From positions 62,001 through 126,000 of the forward strand of contig BAAIJX010000037.1 in assembly GCA_054600435.1 (NCBI GenBank): a stretch of DNA of 64,000 nucleotides, read 5' to 3'. Numbering within the stretch: position 1 is the first letter of the stretch; the number at the start of each line of letters is the position of its first letter. The position numbers and the translations under genes are program-made. Positions 57,782 to 64,000 of the stretch are shown one piece after another. Below the pieces are notes generated by a model. The model did no database searches. It had not been told where the DNA came from and saw only the letters and a list, made by a program, of their open reading frames with translations. The stretch comes from Neophaeotheca triangularis. Its lineage: Eukaryota.

Positions 57782-59392
57782 ATGGTCCTCCAAGACCTGG
57801 GCCGCCGCATTAATGGCGCCTTGACAGATCTAACCCGCAGCGCCACGCTCGACGAAAAGGCATTCGAAGGCATGCTGCGTGAAATCAGCAACGCTCTCGC
57901 CGAAGCAGACGTCAACATCAAACTCGTCGCCTCCCTCCGCAAAACGATCAAATCCACGGTCAAATTCTCCGAACTGCCCACCCACGCCAACAAGAAGCGC
58001 ATCATCCAAAAAGCAGTCTTCGACGCCCTCGTCGACATTGTGAACCCGCATCAAAAGCCTTATGAACCGAAAAAGGGCAAGAGCAATGTTATCATGTTTG
58101 TTGGTCTTCAGGGTGCGGGTAAGACGACATCATGCACGAAGCTTGCACGCTGGTACCAGGCAAGAGGCTTCAAAACGTGTCTTGTGTGTGCCGATACTTT
58201 CCGAGCGGGTGCTTTTGACCAGCTGAAGCAAAATGCGACCAAGGCGAAGATCCCCTACTATGGTTCCCTCACGCAAACAGATCCGGTAGCCGTAGCGAGG
58301 GACGGAGTGGAAAAGTTCAAAAAGGAGAAATTCGAGGTCATCATCGTGGACACGTCTGGCCGACATCAGCAAGAAGACGCCCTTTTCGCGGAAATGGTAG
58401 AAATTCAAGGCGCCGTAAGCCCACATCAAACCATAATGGTGCTGGACGCGAGTATAGGACAAGCAGCCGAACAGCAAAGCCGAGCATTCAAGGCCACGGC
58501 CGACTTCGGCGCCATCATCATCACCAAAACCGATGGCGCGGCAGCAGGAGGCGGTGCCATTTCCGCCGTAGCAGCCACAGGGACTCCAATCGTCTTCATT
58601 GGAACGGGCGAGCACCTTCTCGACCTAGAACGCTTCAACCCGCAATCGTTCGTGAGCAAACTGCTCGGCATGGGAGACATGCAAGGTCTAGTCGAGCACG
58701 TGCAATCGCTCAAACTTGATCAAAAGGAAACGATGAAGAACATCACCGAGGGCAAATTCTCGGTCCGCGATCTACGCGACCAACTCCAGAATATCATGAA
58801 AATGGGCCCGTTGTCCAAGATGGCGGGTATGATTCCCGGACTATCGCAGATGACGGGTCAAATGGACGACGAGGAAGGCGGACAAAAACTTAAACGTATG
58901 ATTTACATTTGCGATTCCATGACTGTCAAGGAGCTAGACTCGGACGGTAAGATCTTCGTCGAGCAGCCCACGAGGATGGTCAGGGTGGCGAGGGGCAGTG
59001 GCACGAGTGTTAGGGAGGTCGAGGATTTGCTCACGCAGCAGAGAATGATGGCCGGCATGGCGAAGAAGATGGGTGGCGGGTTGAAGAATATGCAAAAGGC
59101 GCAGGGAGCTATGGGTGGCGCTGGAGGTGCTGGTGGTGCCGGTGGCGCGCCCAATCGTGGACAAATGGCGGCGATGCAGAAGAGGCTCCAGAGCATGGGT
59201 ATGGGTGGGGGTGCAGGTGGTGGCGGTGGTATGCCGGATATGGGTAGTTTGATGAAGATGATGGGAGGAATGGGAGGCGGTGGCGGTGGCGGCGGTGGTG
59301 GGATGCCGGATATGAGTCAGTTGATGAATATGATGGGGGGTGGTGGTGGGATGCCTGGAATGGGTGGGAATGCTGGTGGTGGCAGAAGATGA
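57782..59392 (+). CDS. SRP54: signal recognition particle 54 kDa subunit, intronless
   Basis: [47 protein letters not shown]; Met-rich M domain and Gly/Met tail. Confidence 0.98.
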   Translation: MVLQDLGRRINGALTDLTRSATLDEKAFEGMLREISNALAEADVNIKLVASLRKTIKSTVKFSELPTHANKKRIIQKAVFDALVDIVNPHQKPYEPKKGKSNVIMFVGLQGAGKTTSCTKLARWYQARGFKTCLVCADTFRAGAFDQLKQNATKAKIPYYGSLTQTDPVAVARDGVEKFKKEKFEVIIVDTSGRHQQEDALFAEMVEIQGAVSPHQTIMVLDASIGQAAEQQSRAFKATADFGAIIITKTDGAAAGGGAISAVAATGTPIVFIGTGEHLLDLERFNPQSFVSKLLGMGDMQGLVEHVQSLKLDQKETMKNITEGKFSVRDLRDQLQNIMKMGPLSKMAGMIPGLSQMTGQMDDEEGGQKLKRMIYICDSMTVKELDSDGKIFVEQPTRMVRVARGSGTSVREVEDLLTQQRMMAGMAKKMGGGLKNMQKAQGAMGGAGGAGGAGGAPNRGQMAAMQKRLQSMGMGGGAGGGGGMPDMGSLMKMMGGMGGGGGGGGGGMPDMSQLMNMMGGGGGMPGMGGNAGGGRR

Positions 59393-61157
59393 TCGGCGAC
59401 CTCGCAATTTTCCTGGATGGATGGCATGCGATTTTGGCGTGTTGCAAGATTCCGTCCCCTGGCCTTGCAACCCGCGCATGCTACTTTGAGTTAGGCGCAT
59501 CGTGGCTGGGATGGAACGTAGCCGAAAGTGTGGTTCTCATCGCAACCGCAGGCAACAAGCCAACCACCAACCTCGCCGGATAAGCCGAACCGCTGCACAG
59601 CGACCCTCACAACACAAGCACAGAAAGAGGAAAAGTTGCCACAGCTGCCGTAGCCTGCTTGGTTGGGATCACACATCCCCCACGAGCTCTGATCTGCGAG
59701 CGTGCCGAAAGACTCGAAGTTTCGCAGCTACCACGAACCCACTCCAGTCCCCCCATTACAGCTCGCTCGGCCAGTAACACGCTCAAAAGCGGGAGAGCAA
59801 GGGCGTCTAAATGCCCCTGCAAACGATGGTGCGAACTATCCTAAAGATCAATTTCGAAAGCGACACCCACCCCAAGCGCAAAAAGCAAGGTGAAGCTGAA
59901 GCGGTCGGCCGACCATGACTATAGGTAGCAGAGTAGTAAGCGGTCAACTGGCCAAGAGAGCCAATAAACCCCAAACGAACCAGACTGTCTCGACCTGCCA
60001 TCTCTCCCAAAGGTAGTCGAGGTAAAACAACTGTACCATTACTTTCATTCTCATCCTGAACCTATTCTTTCGGTGACTTCTCCCCTTTCCTTTCCTTCCC
60101 TTCTGCCCTTCCGCCCCTCCGCCCTTCCCTACCCCTTTTACATGCGGTCCCGCCCATCAACCCTCCGTACCCCCTACTCCCCGCCACCATTCCCCCGAGG
60201 CACGCAGCGGCCTATCCCACGAGCAAGGTAGATAAAAATCACAGACAGCACTTCGGCGTTCGTCGGGAGGAGGCAATCTCTCCCTCTTACTCTTTCGCAG
60301 GAGCGCGACAAGTGCCAGACCAAACCCGCCTGGGATTTCGTTTCTACTCTGCAAGGGATTGTTGGTCTGGCGAAGGTATTGTATTTGCGAGCGATGGATT
60401 TGGCACCCGTGTACATATGTGAGCCGGGGGTTTTGGGGCTGGGGGAGTAGTAGTAGTATTAATAGTAGCAGCAATAACCAGCCCGCCAACACCCACCCAC
60501 AAGCCACAGACCTTCAAGTCCAAACCCTCCATGTATGTATATATGTATGTACGTACGTGGCGCTAGCACCGCCTCCTCGTTGGTGCCCGTTACGGGCGGC
60601 CGGGATACGGCAAAAATGAACGACGCATGGTGGTGTAGAGTAGTGACTAGCTAGCTGTAGCTTTCCGGTATATAGTAGGTAGCAGGTACCCAGGGACTGG
60701 CAGTGCAAACCCGAAGACCTGATTTTGCATCTTTCGTGCGCTTTTTTTGTTTGAGGGGCGGCTTTGCTTTGCTGCTGGGGTCCTCTGACGGGGGGGAGGG
60801 GTTTCTTATCTCTTCGACCCGGGGGGGTTCTTTTTTCTTTGTTTGGGGTTTGCTTCCTTCCCCTTCCCTCCTGGTCTTTGGGCGGGCGAAGGGAGAGGGA
60901 GAATGGTAGGTATGGTGGGGAGTGGGCGGGGAGTTAGGGTGCGGGAAATTTGAAAGTAAGCGGGTGGGTGGGTGTGGGGAGTAGAGTAGATAGTAGGGTA
61001 GTGGGATAGTGGGATAGAAACATAGTAATTCTGGTAGCATGATAGCACGGTAGTTCAACAGTTCAGTATAGCAGTATAGCAGTATAGTACACCCCCCCTT
61101 TCCCCCCTCCCACTCTATCCCCCGACTCCATCCTCCTCCTCCTCCACATCCACATCC

Positions 61158-61216
61158 ACGCCAACGATCAACGCCAACGATCAACGCCAGCGAATCAAGG
61201 CCAACAAATCAACGCC
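61158..61216. repeat. short tandem repeat (ACGCCAACGATCA) x2 plus 2-3 degenerate copies
   Basis: Read directly from the sequence. Confidence 0.75.
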
Positions 61217-61510
61217 CAAATCCACATCCCCCAAAACCCAGAAGGACATTTAGGAAAAAAAAAAAAAAAAGAACAAAGACCCAAGACCCAAACCCCAAGC
61301 CCCAAGACCGCCCCGTTCGCCCGCCTCAAGAAATGATCCCCCACCCAAAAAAAAAAAAAAAAAAAAAAAAACACCCCCTATGAGCCCCAAATCCACAGCA
61401 ATCCCCCCCACCCCCACCCCCAGCTGAACCCCTTAAGAAGGAAAAAAATCCATAACAAATCAACGACAAAAACCGGTGTCGAAGCGCGCGAACGCATGGA
61501 TCATTAACTG

Positions 61511-61787
61511 CAGCGAAACGCAAGAAGAGCAGCAAAACGCAACAAGACTAGCGAAAACGCAACAAGACCAGCAAAAAACGCAACAAGACCGGCAAAAACG
61601 CAACAAGACCAGCAAGGCGCGAGAAGACCAGCAAAAAACGCAACAAGACCAGCAATAACGCAACAAGACCAGCAAAAACGCAACAGACCAACGAAAACGC
61701 AACAAGAGCAGCAAAAACGCAACAAGACCAGCAATAACGCAACAAGACCAGCAAAAACGCAACAAGACCAGCAAAAACGCAACAACA
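61511..61787. repeat. minisatellite, ~14 copies of 19-21 bp, consensus CAGCAAAAACGCAACAAGAC
   Basis: Head-to-tail copies with no spacers; most length variation is in the A run. Confidence 0.95.
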
Positions 61788-62276
61788 AAAAAGCGCCAGC
61801 GCCGAAGAAGCCGAAAAACAAAAAGAAAAAAAAAGAGAGAAAAAAACTCTCCAGCCCACGAGAGCGGTAGGGCTCCGGAGTTGATAAAAAAAAAAAACCG
61901 ACAGACGACGAACGAATCCTGCCGGCCGGCTGTTCCAAGTCTCTCTCTTCTCGTCATGCCGGTGTTTTAAAGACTTTGCAGAGGTTTATTGAAAATAGAC
62001 ACAATCCAAGAGTAAGGGAGTTCGATCCAAGGTTGACCTGGTACGACCCGACTCAGTTTGAAAGATTCCAGACTCGGTCGATTCCCATCCCTCCCCCCCC
62101 CCCCCCCCCAACCAACTTAGTTTGACAGACAAAAAGCACACGGCAGACCCAAGCACTCGCGCGGGGGAAAGACTTGCATCCGACCCCCCTACCACCGCCG
62201 TCACACCAAAGATCAGCCCCCCATCCCCCCCCCTCCACATCATCAAAAGATCAGCCCCCAGATCAGGAAATCAAAC

Positions 62277-64000
62277 TCACCCACCAACCCCCCACCGTCC
62301 CCTCAACCCCTCACACCACCGCCCATAAAGCACCTCCCCGAGCATGCCGACGTGCTGCAATCCGCCCTCCCTCTCGCCCGCAGTGCCATCCCCCTCACCT
62401 CTGCGCCGATCCGCAGCACCACCCCTGGGCATCTTCGCCTCGAGCGCGGCCTTCTCCTCCCTCTCCCTAGCGCGTCGGAGAGAGAGCTCGCGCTCTTTGC
62501 TTTCGTCTTTGCTCTTGGGTTGGGGTTGATGTTGTTGTTGCTGCTGCTGCTGCTGGGTTTGCGAAGAGCCAGAGCCAGAGGTTCCATTCCTCAATTTCCT
62601 GAGATGAGGGTTCGCGGGGTTGAGCACGAGCTTACTTGGACTCCTCTGGGGGTCTCCATCCTTCTGCGGCGAGGTGGAGGGGACAGACTTGATGGGTGAG
62701 GAGAGCGGCGTGGGGGCTCTGTAACCCTCTTCGCTGTCGTTCGCGACACTGCCGTCTTTTTCCGCGTCCCTGGTGCGTGTACTCTTGGCCTCGGCTTTAG
62801 CGACCGACGCTGTCACGGGCATCAGTGTGGCGGCGAGCTTTGCATCCCCTTTCACGCTCTCGAAAACCGCGCGGAAGAAGTCTAGCCCGCCTTCGGGGTC
62901 TAGCTCGTTCACTCCGCTTAGGGCGTCGGCGAACCGGTTTAGGACTTGGCGCTTGTGGTTGTCGGCTGTGAGGTTGTAGATTTGAGTGAGGGAGGGGTCG
63001 ACGTGGTGGGCGTGGAAGCGGTTGTAGAGGACGGAGTTTTTGGTCTGTGCGGGTTGTTGTAGGTGAGAGGGATGAAGGGGTTGGTTTTGGGGGTTTTTGG
63101 TTTTGACGGGCGAGGCGGATAGGGAGGTTGCGGGCGTGGTCGTCCTGCTATGACTATGCGAGGGAGCCTGGTTTTCGGCGTCCGAGTCAAATATGCTGTC
63201 GTGTTGGCTTTGCACGGAATTGGTGGGGGAGGGGTCTTTGGGGTTAGTGAGGCGGGTCTGTGTGTGGTGCTTGGTCGGTTTGTCGTTGCCTGACGACACG
63301 CGCTTGAATTGCCGCACTGTGCTTGTGCCGTTGCCAAAGGACATGTCTAGACCTAGTGGTTGCTTGGGTTGTAAGGGGGTCTGTCCGCTGACTCGCCGTG
63401 CCGTGGGTGTGTTGCCTGAGACGTGTCGGCCGCTGATACGTCTGGCGGTGGGGGATGAAGCGGAGACTTTGCGCGCGGTGATGTTGGAGACTTTACGAGA
63501 GCTGCTGAGACGCGGTTTCGGGGTGCGGATTGTAGAGGGTTCTTTCGTGGGAGTCGTGTTGGCGTTGGTGATGTCGCCTAGAGGTGCGGCATCGAGGTTC
63601 ATGTTCTCCATCCCCATGGCGGCGTTCTCTACATCACTGTCGATGCTGCCGTCTCCACTCGGTATCCGCGAGAGTTTGCGGCGTTTGATGGTGTGCTTTT
63701 GGAGGATATTTTGTTGCTGGCGCATGCTGGGAGGCGGTCTGATGGTGTCAAAAACCCATTCGTCGTCATCTTCGTCTTCGACATTCCCCATAGTCTTGAG
63801 CGTCTCCTCGTAATATCTCAAATCTCGCTCACCGCGACCACCATCCTGTTGATACCTCCTCGCATCCCTCACCAACTGCCTCAACGATTCCGTCTTGCCC
63901 GCCTTGCGAATGAATGAATGCTTCAACAACGCCCTAGCAGAAGGTCTCCTCTCCGGGTTCTTGTCCAGACACATCCGAACAAAATCCTTAAACTCCCGAC
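62277..64000 (-). CDS. 3' part of an Ste20/GCK-family Ser/Thr kinase (Sid1/SepL-like); 5' end lies beyond the window
   Basis: End of kinase domain FKDFVRMCLDKNPERRPSARALLKHSFIRKAGK, EWVFDTI, long S/T/R-rich linker, polyQ, terminal VLYGRWCEGLRGRW. Confidence 0.88.
   Translation of the reverse strand, partial: REFKDFVRMCLDKNPERRPSARALLKHSFIRKAGKTESLRQLVRDARRYQQDGGRGERDLRYYEETLKTMGNVEDEDDDEWVFDTIRPPPSMRQQQNILQKHTIKRRKLSRIPSGDGSIDSDVENAAMGMENMNLDAAPLGDITNANTTPTKEPSTIRTPKPRLSSSRKVSNITARKVSASSPTARRISGRHVSGNTPTARRVSGQTPLQPKQPLGLDMSFGNGTSTVRQFKRVSSGNDKPTKHHTQTRLTNPKDPSPTNSVQSQHDSIFDSDAENQAPSHSHSRTTTPATSLSASPVKTKNPQNQPLHPSHLQQPAQTKNSVLYNRFHAHHVDPSLTQIYNLTADNHKRQVLNRFADALSGVNELDPEGGLDFFRAVFESVKGDAKLAATLMPVTASVAKAEAKSTRTRDAEKDGSVANDSEEGYRAPTPLSSPIKSVPSTSPQKDGDPQRSPSKLVLNPANPHLRKLRNGTSGSGSSQTQQQQQQQQHQPQPKSKDESKERELSLRRAREREEKAALEAKMPRGGAADRRRGEGDGTAGEREGGLQHVGMLGEVLYGRWCEGLRGRWGVGG

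Noticed and set aside
59090..59392. Gly/Met repeats at the SRP54 C-terminus
   Set aside because: Normal feature of eukaryotic SRP54.
60933..60940. ACCCTAAC on the minus strand as a telomerase RNA template
   Set aside because: Only 8 nt within C-rich low complexity. It lacks the TAACCCTAA register known from filamentous fungi, and I found no ATAAGT 3'-processing site in the gap.
61511..61787. CRISPR-like array, or coding ORFs over the 20-bp repeat (61460..61957, 61504..61938, 61548..61859)
   Set aside because: Units abut with no unique spacers, there are no cas genes, and the context is eukaryotic. The ORFs arise from low complexity, and variable unit length shifts the frame.

Overview
Gene-dense 64 kb of a filamentous ascomycete genome. 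Evidence: short spliceosomal introns with CTRAY branch points and Pezizomycotina-type proteins; a Dothideomycete is my guess, not established. About 25 protein-coding genes are supported. Housekeeping and conserved genes include mitochondrial bL27m, AP-1 mu, ketopantoate reductase, calcineurin A, a CASTOR-like ACT protein, WDR26/Gid7, Tlg1, Rrp15, SRP54 and the 3' part of a Sid1-like kinase. Secreted CAZymes are an AA11 LPMO with a truncated paralog, cellobiose dehydrogenase with CBM1, and a GH31 alpha-glucosidase. There are also pseudogene relics, including an NmrA/QorB-like one that the ORF track misses. The least explained parts are: (i) a ~6 kb island (38.5-44.5 kb) made of an AT-rich palindromic array with RIP-like mutations followed by three co-oriented intronless orphan ORFs, two of which share a repeated helical motif; (ii) a ~1550-aa 'hypothetical' protein that by eye has a RasGAP-like + VPS9-like + Sel1-like architecture (GAPVD1/RME-6-like); (iii) a 2.9 kb hairpin- and repeat-rich non-coding gap between SRP54 and the kinase; (iv) several non-canonical splice sites. 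I recognised no tRNA, rRNA, snRNA, CRISPR array or intact transposase. All family calls are by-eye motif recognition; no searches were run.
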